A stretch of 64,000 nt of DNA from a virus. Its lineage: Duplodnaviria; Heunggongvirae; Uroviricota; Caudoviricetes. Positions 47,977 to 55,856 of the stretch are shown here, one piece after another. A program made the position numbers and the translations under genes. Under the pieces are notes generated by a model, which was not told the DNA's origin, made no database searches, and saw only the letters and a program-made list of their open reading frames with translations. How positions within the stretch are numbered: position 1 is the first letter of the stretch; every line of letters begins with the position of its first letter. The stretch lies in IMG/VR virus record IMGVR_UViG_3300033146_004404, positions 128,001 through 192,000 of that record. The stretch is one strand, 5' to 3'.

Positions 47977-49488
47977 GTGACTGATTTTGCATTATTGAAC
48001 TATAAAAAAAGAGAAAAAAAGAAAAAAATCATTGATGGCTTTTTATTAAATGCAAAGCAGGACGATAAAACACTCTTTAAGTGCTTGGTGTGTGGAAAAG
48101 AAACAAGTAAGACAATCTCTGCTTTGATTAAAAGAGGTATTGATTATAAAAAAATAGACGTAGAAAATAACGATACGATTTTTATGTGTCGAAAACATTC
48201 TCAAGAAGCTATAACTGAAAAGAAATATGGAGTTAAGAATAATTTTCAAAATCCAGCTTCAATAAAAAAGATCAAGAAAAAGAGAGAAAAAAAAAGAATA
48301 GAAAGTGGAGATCCTCTCTATTTTTTAAATCAAGGTGATCTTATCGTTTTTACTTGTGAAGTATGTGGAAAGAAAACATCCGTTCAGAAAAGAAAATACA
48401 CTAGTAATTTATGCAGAGAATGCAAGATAAAAAAGGCTAATAGAGAGAAAATTCTTCCTGTGATATTAAAAAGGCTTAAAGGCAACAATATTGAATTGTT
48501 AAAACCTTATTCTAACCAGAGAGAGTTAGAAGAAAACGTTCTTTATGATTTTAAGTGCTTAATTTGCAATAATACCTTTAAGGATCATCTTCACTCTCAT
48601 ATTCCAAGATGTCCTACTTGCTATCCAAAATATTCTTCAATTGGTGAAAAAGAAATAAAAGTTTTTATAGAGTCTTTAGGTTTTGATGTCATAGAAAACG
48701 ACAGAAAGATTCTTAGTGGCCTAGAGTTAGATATTTATATTCCGGATAAAAAAATAGCAATAGAGTTTAATGGTCTTTATTGGCATAGTGAGCAGAAAGG
48801 AAAAGATAAAAACTACCATTTAAACAAAACATTAAAATGTGCAGAAAAAGAAATTCAGTTAATTCACTTCTTTGAAGATGAATGGTATAATAAAAAAGAA
48901 ATAGTGAAATCCATTATTGCAACAAGATTGGGGATAGTAGGTAAAAGAATTTATGCTAGAAAGTGTATTATAAAAAATGTGACAAATAAAGAGGAAAGAA
49001 GATTCTTAGAAGAAAATCATATTCAGGGATATTATCCTTCTTCTATTAAGCTAGGCTTATACTATGAAGAAGAATTAGTTTTAATTTTAACTTTTGGAAA
49101 ATCACGATTTAGTAATCACGATTTTGAGTTAATAAGATTTGCTAATAAATTAAATTCTTCTGTGGTTGGTGGATTTTCTAAGCTTTTAAAATCTTTTAGA
49201 AAAGATAATAAAGGAAGCTTAATAACCTTTTCAGAGAGAAGGCTGTTTTCAGGAAATGTTTATGAGAAGAGCGGTTTCTCGTTTTTAAAAACGACCTTAC
49301 CAAATTATTACTATGTAGACGAAAACTATAATAAGAGATTTAATAGAATGAAATTTCAAAAGCATAAATTAAAGAATTTGTTAAAAGAGTACAATGAAGA
49401 ATTAACAGAGAAGGAAAATATGATAGTTAATAACTATGATAGAATTTGGGACTGTGGAAATAATTCTTTTGAAATAAAAAAACTTTAA
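47977..49488 (+). CDS. Homing endonuclease, zinc ribbons plus Vsr/DUF559-like nuclease (Hef-like)
   Basis: Several CxxC; S.GEKEI..FI, LELDIYIP...IAIEFNGLYWHS, IYARKC, NHIQG, RIWDCG. Confidence 0.8.
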   Translation: MTDFALLNYKKREKKKKIIDGFLLNAKQDDKTLFKCLVCGKETSKTISALIKRGIDYKKIDVENNDTIFMCRKHSQEAITEKKYGVKNNFQNPASIKKIKKKREKKRIESGDPLYFLNQGDLIVFTCEVCGKKTSVQKRKYTSNLCRECKIKKANREKILPVILKRLKGNNIELLKPYSNQRELEENVLYDFKCLICNNTFKDHLHSHIPRCPTCYPKYSSIGEKEIKVFIESLGFDVIENDRKILSGLELDIYIPDKKIAIEFNGLYWHSEQKGKDKNYHLNKTLKCAEKEIQLIHFFEDEWYNKKEIVKSIIATRLGIVGKRIYARKCIIKNVTNKEERRFLEENHIQGYYPSSIKLGLYYEEELVLILTFGKSRFSNHDFELIRFANKLNSSVVGGFSKLLKSFRKDNKGSLITFSERRLFSGNVYEKSGFSFLKTTLPNYYYVDENYNKRFNRMKFQKHKLKNLLKEYNEELTEKENMIVNNYDRIWDCGNNSFEIKKL

Positions 49489-49499
49489 AGGAAGTAAGC

Positions 49500-49724
49500 A
49501 TGAGCAAGAAAAAGAAAACTGTCAAAGAAGAGATTGCCTCTAAAAATGAAGTAGAAGTAGAAGTGAAAGCTCCTGAAGTAGAAGTAGAAGTAGAAGTGAA
49601 AGCTCCTGAAGTAGAAGTAAAAGTGAAAGCTCCTGAAGTAGAAGTAAAAGTGAAAGCTCCTGAAGTAGAAGTGAAGCAGACGCCAAAGTCTAATTACGAA
49701 ATTAGAACTGGAGTAAAGAAGTAA
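49500..49724 (+). CDS. Small low-complexity repeat protein (EVEVKVKAP)n
   Basis: 74 aa, AAGGAAG SD, followed by a terminator; ~27-bp tandem DNA repeats. Confidence 0.65.
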   Translation: MSKKKKTVKEEIASKNEVEVEVKAPEVEVEVEVKAPEVEVKVKAPEVEVKVKAPEVEVKQTPKSNYEIRTGVKK

Positions 49725-49758
49725 AAAAAGAGTTGGTTTAAAAACCAACTCTTTTTTT
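49724..49758 (+). terminator. Intrinsic terminator
   Basis: AAAAAAGAGTTGGTTT..AAACCAACTCTTTTTT. Confidence 0.8.
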
Positions 49759-49760
49759 AC

Positions 49761-49789
49761 TTGACAAAAAAAGAACAATATGGTATAAT
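49761..49789 (+). promoter_or_regulatory. sigma70-type promoter, copy 8
   Basis: TTGACA-AAAAAAGAACAATATGG-TATAAT. Confidence 0.9.
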
Positions 49790-49808
49790 GTAATATAAGG
49801 AGAAAAAA

Positions 49809-50027
49809 TTGGCTATAAAAAACAAAGAAGTAATGGGGCTAATTAACCAAAAAACAAAAGAGATGGAAAAGCATCTTAATAGTATTGAAGAAGAATTAAA
49901 AAAAGATGAAGATCGATTTAGTAAAGCAGCTGTGTCATTAAGTGTTGGTAAAGTTATGAAACTTCATCAAGATATAGCTTTTTTTCTCGGCGTTCATGAT
50001 GACAATCCAAAATACCTAGGCAACTAG
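49809..50027 (+). CDS. Hypothetical early protein
   Basis: TTG start with TAAGGAG SD. Confidence 0.65.
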   Translation: MAIKNKEVMGLINQKTKEMEKHLNSIEEELKKDEDRFSKAAVSLSVGKVMKLHQDIAFFLGVHDDNPKYLGN

Positions 50028-50075
50028 AGTTTATCGTGCTAACTCTAAATTTTTTTATGACGTAAAGATAAAGTA

Positions 50076-51001
50076 ATGAATAAATTAACCATTAATGAAG
50101 CAAAAAAGAGATTTAAAGAAAAGCACGGCGATAAATATAGATATTTTAATTTTTGTAGATATGAAGGAACAAGCCAAAAAATTAAAATAATATGTCCTAT
50201 CCATGGAGAGTTCTTTCAGAGTGTAAAAATGCACCTTGCTGGTCAAGGCTGTAGATTATGTAGTTATGAAAAAAGAGCAAGTCAATCAAAAAAAACAAGC
50301 CTTGTTTTTATAACTGAATCCAAAGAAGTTCATGGTGACGAATACGACTATTCAAAGGTCTTTTATTTAAGGAAAGACAAAAAGGTAAAAATAATATGTC
50401 CTATTCATGGAGTTTTTTTGCAAAGACCTGATGTTCATTTAAATGGAGCTGGATGTCCTACTTGCGGAAGAATAAAAAGTGACTTAAGTAGAAGAAAAAC
50501 TACAGAAGATTTCATTAATCGTTCTGTAAAAGTACACGGTAATAAATACAACTACGCTAAAACAAAATATGTTACAGCAAAAGAAAAAGTGTTAATATGT
50601 TGTAAAAAGCACGGAGAATTTTTACAAAGACCAAATAACCACTTAAACGGAGCTGGATGTCCTGTTTGTTGTGAGAGCAGGGAGAGAAGGAAATAGAGGA
50701 AATTCTTACAGAAAGAAAAATTGCTTTTACAAGACAAAAACTTTTTAAGGGTTGTAATGGAGTAAAGAGAGCTCTGCCTTTCGATTTCTTTTTAGAAGAG
50801 TTAAACGTTTGTATAGAATACGACAGAGTTCAGCATTATAAGCCAATAGCTTATTTTGGAGGTTCCGAAAAACTAAACAAGACCCAGTAAGCAGATAAAA
50901 TAAAAAATCTTTTTTGTAAAAAAGAAAAAATAAAATTAATACGAATTCCTTATTATGAATATAAGAATATAGAGGAGTTTCTTATGGAGAAAATAAACTA
51001 A
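50076..51001 (+). pseudogene. Decayed homing endonuclease (ICP.HG.F.Q....HL.G.GC repeats plus Vsr-like domain)
   Basis: ORF stops at 50696. Another frame from ~50681 reads GEKEIEEIL...LPFDFFL....CIEYDRVQHYKP...FGG, has an in-frame TAA at 50888, then LIRIPY to a stop at 51001. Confidence 0.85.
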
Positions 51002-52318
51002 ATGTTAAAAAAACTACAGGAAATGGTAGATGATCTTTCATCTACTAACTCAAAGAATGAAAAACTTGAGAGACTTAAAAAATACGATGATGAATTTACT
51101 CTTGCATTGATTAAGTACGCTCACGATCCGATGATACAATTTAATGTGACGTCGAAAACTATAAAAGCTTACACAGGCTCTCATAAAAATAGAGTTATGG
51201 TAGAGGATGACATATTCTCTTTGCTAGATCAGTTAAAAGACAGAAAACTCACTGGTCACGCAGCACTTGCAGCAGTAAGAGAATACGTAGATTCTTTTAA
51301 ACAGTATGAAGATCTTATCTATTCAATCATAGATAAAAATTTAAAAATAAGAATGAGTGACAGCTCAATAAACAAAGTATTCCCAGATCTCATCCCAGAG
51401 TTCAAAGTGCAACTCGCAGACAAATATAATAAAGACAGACTTCCTCCATTCAAAACAGAGAAGTGGTACTCATCAAGAAAACTGGACGGTGTTAGATGTA
51501 TTGCAGTAGTGGATTTTACTTTTGGGAAAGAAGTAGTGGACTTTTACAGCAGGACTGGCAAAGAGTTCTTCACGCTTGGCGTCGTAGGTGTCGCAATAAA
51601 AAAAGAATTAAAAAAAATTTATACCAACGAAAAATTCATCTTAGACGGCGAAATGTGTATTGTTGACGAGAAAGGTGATGAAAGCTTTTCTGAAGTTATA
51701 AAGCTTGTCAGAAAGAAAGATTATTATATAGAAAATCCAAGATATAAAATCTTTGATATAATTCTTTTTGATGACTTTATAAAGAAATCAGGAAAAACTC
51801 TTTTTAGTAAACGCTATGATAAATATATGCAGATTAAATCACCTTCTGGCATTCTTGATCCTGTAAAACAGACAGTCATTGAAGACGAAGAAGATTTTAA
51901 CATTTGTAATGTCGAAGCTATTACGAATGAATGGGAAGGGTTAATAATAAGAAAAGATTGTGAATATGCCGGAAAACGTTCTAAGAACATGCTAAAAGTA
52001 AAACAATTTCATGAAGCAGAATATGTTGTTAAAAGTATTGGAACTGATATGGTTAGATATATTGATGAGACTACTGGAGTTGAAGCTGAAGAAGAAATGC
52101 TTAAGCGAATTAACATAATCCACAAAGGAAACAATGTCGGTGTTGGTTCTGGATTTTCTTTACAGCAGAGAAAAGATTTCTTTAAAGACCCTTCATTAAT
52201 AATAGGAAAGACAATAACAGTTAAATTTTTTGAAGAGTCAATGGATGCCAAATCAGGAATGTATTCATTAAGGTTTCCAGTATTGAAAGCGATTCATGGA
52301 AAAGAGAGAGTAGTGTAA
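51002..52318 (+). CDS. ATP-dependent DNA ligase
   Basis: KLDGVRC, YSRTGK, LDGE, IFD, EGLIIR, KRSKNMLKVK, VGSGF, SLRFP. Confidence 0.95.
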   Translation: MLKKLQEMVDDLSSTNSKNEKLERLKKYDDEFTLALIKYAHDPMIQFNVTSKTIKAYTGSHKNRVMVEDDIFSLLDQLKDRKLTGHAALAAVREYVDSFKQYEDLIYSIIDKNLKIRMSDSSINKVFPDLIPEFKVQLADKYNKDRLPPFKTEKWYSSRKLDGVRCIAVVDFTFGKEVVDFYSRTGKEFFTLGVVGVAIKKELKKIYTNEKFILDGEMCIVDEKGDESFSEVIKLVRKKDYYIENPRYKIFDIILFDDFIKKSGKTLFSKRYDKYMQIKSPSGILDPVKQTVIEDEEDFNICNVEAITNEWEGLIIRKDCEYAGKRSKNMLKVKQFHEAEYVVKSIGTDMVRYIDETTGVEAEEEMLKRINIIHKGNNVGVGSGFSLQQRKDFFKDPSLIIGKTITVKFFEESMDAKSGMYSLRFPVLKAIHGKERVV

Positions 52319-52350
52319 AGATAATTATATAAAAAAGTAAGGATTATATA

Positions 52351-53814
52351 ATGACTTTAATAGAAGAGATTAGAAGAAACTCTGGGGTTGAGTTAAATGA
52401 GACAATTCATGGACGATTAACAATAAGAGCTATAAAAAAGATTCAGAAAGAAGTTGATAAAATGTATTCTAAGGAAGCAGCTTCCTTAGACTCTAGTTCC
52501 AGTAAAGCTGATAAAAAAGATCTTGAATATTTTGGAATTTTTAGAAGAAGAGTTAGCGAAGTAGTGATAGAGCTTGAAACCCTTGATAAGAAGACTAATT
52601 CATCAAGAGGATTTGAGAGAAGAATGAATAAAGAGAAATTCAAATCTCTTGAAACTAAATATTCTGCTTTAATTTCTGCTTCAAGACATATGAAGAAATC
52701 AAGAAAGTTGAAAATATTAGGGGTTCTAGTTCTAACTTCAGGAATAAGTATGTATATAGCCACCAGAATTGGTGTTGATCTTCCTAATCCTGGTGGCTTT
52801 AATGCGTGGATAAATATGTTATTAGTTGGTGGTGGAATGGGGGCTCTTGGATCGTCGGATTTGAAAAACATGCAAAAAAACGAGGAAATGGATAAAGCCC
52901 TTGTAAGGCTAGTATCAGAAGAGCTTGAGAAAAAGTCTAAGGGAGACTATAAAAAAAAGAGCAGTAAATTAGATGAAAGCGTAAGTGATAAGGTTGAAAG
53001 TTCAAAGAAAAGGATCTTTAGAAAAATAAGAATAGCAGTTGAGCTATCACGAAAAAAACGTTCAAAGAAGTTTTTTGCTGGCTTGTATAAAATATTGAAA
53101 AAGAAAGGTCAGCAAGAAGAAAAAATAGATGAAGCTTTAATAACTAAGGCTGATATTAAAATGCTTTTCTGGGGACATAATTCCCCAGAAGAAACTAAAT
53201 CAGTTAATAAAATGACTAAAGATATTTTACGTATTAGCTTTAAAGAGATAAAGAATATAGATAAGATAGAAAAATCTGTAGATAAACTTTTGAGTCTACT
53301 TATTAAGAATGAATATGATAAACAAGATGAGAAAGATTACAAAGAAATACAGAAGGTCTTTAGAAAAAATAAAATAAAAATTGAAAGTGTTATAGGTGGA
53401 GATTCTGATGCTCAAGGAGTTCATCAGTTAGAATCTAAAAAAACAGTTTTTTCTGTAGATATAACAAAGAATAGAGAAATAGTAAAATCTACTATTATTC
53501 ATGAATTAACGCATAAGAAACAGTCAGAGCTCTTAAAGAAATACGCCCCAAGAACTTGGAAACGTCTTTGGATGAGAATAAATGACAAAGATTATCACGA
53601 TATTGCAATGGAAGTAGGTGCTTTTCATGAAGAGTATGTTTATTTAATAGAGAAGATGGAAAAAGCTGACAAGAAAACAAAAAGAGTATTATCAGCTTTT
53701 TTAATAGAAGAGATTTTCTACAGAGATAACTTAAAGGACAATATTTTGAGGGACTATCCAAAAAATGATCCTGTAGTAAAATTTATAAAGAGAGTTAAAG
53801 TAATAAAAATATAA
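52351..53814 (+). CDS. Leader-family protein: coiled coil, two hydrophobic helices, C-terminal HExxH zincin-like domain
   Basis: MTLIEEIRRNSGVELNE; IIHELTHKKQ...Y....MEVGAF; late motif at 52315. Confidence 0.65.
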   Translation: MTLIEEIRRNSGVELNETIHGRLTIRAIKKIQKEVDKMYSKEAASLDSSSSKADKKDLEYFGIFRRRVSEVVIELETLDKKTNSSRGFERRMNKEKFKSLETKYSALISASRHMKKSRKLKILGVLVLTSGISMYIATRIGVDLPNPGGFNAWINMLLVGGGMGALGSSDLKNMQKNEEMDKALVRLVSEELEKKSKGDYKKKSSKLDESVSDKVESSKKRIFRKIRIAVELSRKKRSKKFFAGLYKILKKKGQQEEKIDEALITKADIKMLFWGHNSPEETKSVNKMTKDILRISFKEIKNIDKIEKSVDKLLSLLIKNEYDKQDEKDYKEIQKVFRKNKIKIESVIGGDSDAQGVHQLESKKTVFSVDITKNREIVKSTIIHELTHKKQSELLKKYAPRTWKRLWMRINDKDYHDIAMEVGAFHEEYVYLIEKMEKADKKTKRVLSAFLIEEIFYRDNLKDNILRDYPKNDPVVKFIKRVKVIKI

Positions 53815-53826
53815 GAAGGGAATATA

Positions 53827-54210
53827 ATGCTAGACATAGATAAAGAAGTGCTGAATGAGAAGTATAATAATGGAGACATGGAATACTTTTTTAGTAAAGC
53901 AGAAAAAATTGCTGACTTCTTACTAACTAGAAACTATAAAGTTTTTGATAGCGAAAAAAGAGCCGATATGGTTCAAGAGTGCCTTGAAAATCTTTGGAAG
54001 AAACAACTCCAAGGAAAGATAGATGGATCTAAAAACCTAATGGCTTTCATTTGGAAAAATTCAGATTTTAGGATAAAAGAGATATTCAGAAAAGAGAATA
54101 ACAGGAACAGAATTGCTCCTTTTATTTCATACGATAATGAAGAATTTGAGTTTCTTAAGGGAATCGGCAGCGAGAAGTATAATAAAGAATTCTTTGAAAT
54201 GCTTGCTTGA
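53827..54210 (+). CDS. Putative late sigma factor (sigma region-2 only, T4 gp55-like)
   Basis: EKIADFL...DMVQECLENLWK......SKNLMAFIW.....IKEIFRKE resembles sigma region 2 / gp55. Confidence 0.6.
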   Translation: MLDIDKEVLNEKYNNGDMEYFFSKAEKIADFLLTRNYKVFDSEKRADMVQECLENLWKKQLQGKIDGSKNLMAFIWKNSDFRIKEIFRKENNRNRIAPFISYDNEEFEFLKGIGSEKYNKEFFEMLA

Positions 54211-54212
54211 TC

Positions 54213-54321
54213 TTATTCTCTCCTTGTAAAGATAAAGGAGAGAATAATTATTTTCTCCCTGTAAAGATAATATAAAGGAGAGAATAATTATTTTCTCCCT
54301 GTAAAGATAATATAAAGGAGA
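54213..54321 (+). repeat. Three tandem 34-40 bp hairpin units, each with late motif and SD
   Basis: TTATT(C/T)TCTCC(T/C)T-GTAAAGATAA(TATA)-A(A)GGAGAGAATAA repeated at 54213, 54248 and 54288. Confidence 0.9.
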
Positions 54322-54325
54322 AGCT

Positions 54326-55027
54326 ATGACCTTAAGAAAGAAGATAGAAATGACTTCTATCAATGAAGAAAATGAGTATTTAGTAGAAGGAATTCGATTC
54401 TTCAAAACTTCAAAAAAAATCACTTCATATATAAAAAAAATAGAAAAAAAGAATACCAACGGATCTCTTGATGGCCTAATAGAGCGACTTGAAAGAGTAT
54501 CTAAAAACTTTGAAGTCGCCGAAAGAATGCACCAAACTGGTAGAAAAACTGAAGCAAAACAATTATATTTACAGTACAAAAAAGATAATATTTTATTAAT
54601 GACTGCTCTAAATAAAGAATCAACTAAGAAAATATTAGTAAGACTAGGAATAGGATTAATTGTATTACAAGTTCTTTTAAGTATGACTACCGGAATTGGT
54701 TTATATGAAAGATTATTTATGAGAGGAGCATCGACAGCAGCAAGAATGGCTGGAAGATCAGGAGCTTTAGTTTCAACTGAAGTTCTTAGCGATAATCTTC
54801 CTGGCTCATCAGGGGCTCCTTCTTTAGAATCCCTTGACGCATCGCAACTCGTACTAAACAATGAAATAAAAAACTTAAAGAAAGATGTAGGTTTTTCTAA
54901 AGATGCAATAAAAGACAAAGCTAAAGAACTTGCAGCTCTTGAGAAGTTTGAAAAAGCACTAAAAAAGTTTAATAAAGCAAATGGAAAAGGACTAAGCATC
55001 TTAGATAAGATATTAGGTAGAAAATAA
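54326..55027 (+). CDS. Late membrane-helix protein, paralogue of the next gene
   Basis: LVEGIRFFKTSKKI..YIKKIEKKN..G..D.LI..L; hydrophobic ILVRLGIGLIVLQVLL. Confidence 0.7.
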   Translation: MTLRKKIEMTSINEENEYLVEGIRFFKTSKKITSYIKKIEKKNTNGSLDGLIERLERVSKNFEVAERMHQTGRKTEAKQLYLQYKKDNILLMTALNKESTKKILVRLGIGLIVLQVLLSMTTGIGLYERLFMRGASTAARMAGRSGALVSTEVLSDNLPGSSGAPSLESLDASQLVLNNEIKNLKKDVGFSKDAIKDKAKELAALEKFEKALKKFNKANGKGLSILDKILGRK

Positions 55028-55062
55028 TTTAATCTGTAAAGTTAAGTATATAAATAATAACA

Positions 55063-55797
55063 ATGGAGAAAACTATGAATTTAATGGAAGAAATTACAAG
55101 TAATGCTGGTGTAGAGTATCTTGAAAAATCTATTTCCCTTGAAGAAGATTTAAAAAATCCAGACAACTTCTATATAACAGAAGGTCTTGTGTTTTTTAAA
55201 ACTTCTAAGAGATTAGAGAAATATATCAAAAAACTTGAGAAAAAGAATAAAGACGGAGCTATTGATATTTTGATAAACAAGCTAAAAGACACACGAGCTA
55301 ATTTTGTCAAAGTTGAAGCTATGCACAAAAACGGCGAAAGAAAAAAAGCTAAAGAACTATACAAGAAGCTAAGAACTGATAACGTAGGAATAGTTCGAAT
55401 GATGAGAAAAGATTCTATGAAAAAAGCTTTAATAACTGCTGGTGTTGCAGGATTAGCTCTTACAGCAGTAGGATTTGCTGTTTATGGAATGGGCGGATTT
55501 GGTATAGCTGGAGCAAAAATTGCTTCAGGCGTAGGTGCATTAAAAGGCAAGGCTGCAGAAGGAGCAGGTGCATTAAAAGGCAAGGCTGCAGACGTATTTG
55601 GAAAAGGCGCTGAAGCCCCAGGTGTTAGAACTGGATTTGGCCAAGATGTAGGCAACAAAGCTTATCAGGGAAGAAAAATTTTAGGCGCTAATAAAATTAG
55701 AACATTAGAAGCTATTCCTGCGACTCCTTCTGATTCTCAGTACTTAAAAAATATGGAGAAAATGCAAGCAGTTATTTCTGGTCATCGAAACGTTTAA
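55063..55797 (+). CDS. Leader-family membrane-helix protein
   Basis: MNLMEEITSNAGV; ITEGLVFFKTSKRL..YIKKLEKKN; G/A-rich hydrophobic segment; GALKGKAA repeat. Confidence 0.7.
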   Translation: MEKTMNLMEEITSNAGVEYLEKSISLEEDLKNPDNFYITEGLVFFKTSKRLEKYIKKLEKKNKDGAIDILINKLKDTRANFVKVEAMHKNGERKKAKELYKKLRTDNVGIVRMMRKDSMKKALITAGVAGLALTAVGFAVYGMGGFGIAGAKIASGVGALKGKAAEGAGALKGKAADVFGKGAEAPGVRTGFGQDVGNKAYQGRKILGANKIRTLEAIPATPSDSQYLKNMEKMQAVISGHRNV

Positions 55798-55821
55798 GAT
55801 ATAGATCAACTAGATAATTAA

Positions 55822-55850
55822 TTGACAAAAAAAGAATAATATGTTATAAT
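55822..55850 (+). promoter_or_regulatory. sigma70-type promoter, copy 9 (DnaE part D, leaderless)
   Basis: TTGACA-N17-TATAAT, ATG 6 nt downstream. Confidence 0.9.
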
Positions 55851-55856
55851 TCTTAT

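Noticed and set aside
47962-47979. Read-through of the DnaE-C TGA into the in-frame Hef-like ORF
   Set aside because: In frame, but a GAGGT SD precedes the GTG start and TGA is a normal stop elsewhere; a fusion has no support
54213-54321. Possible mini CRISPR array
   Set aside because: Units are directly adjacent with no unique spacers and no cas genes; they are explained by late motif plus SD hairpins
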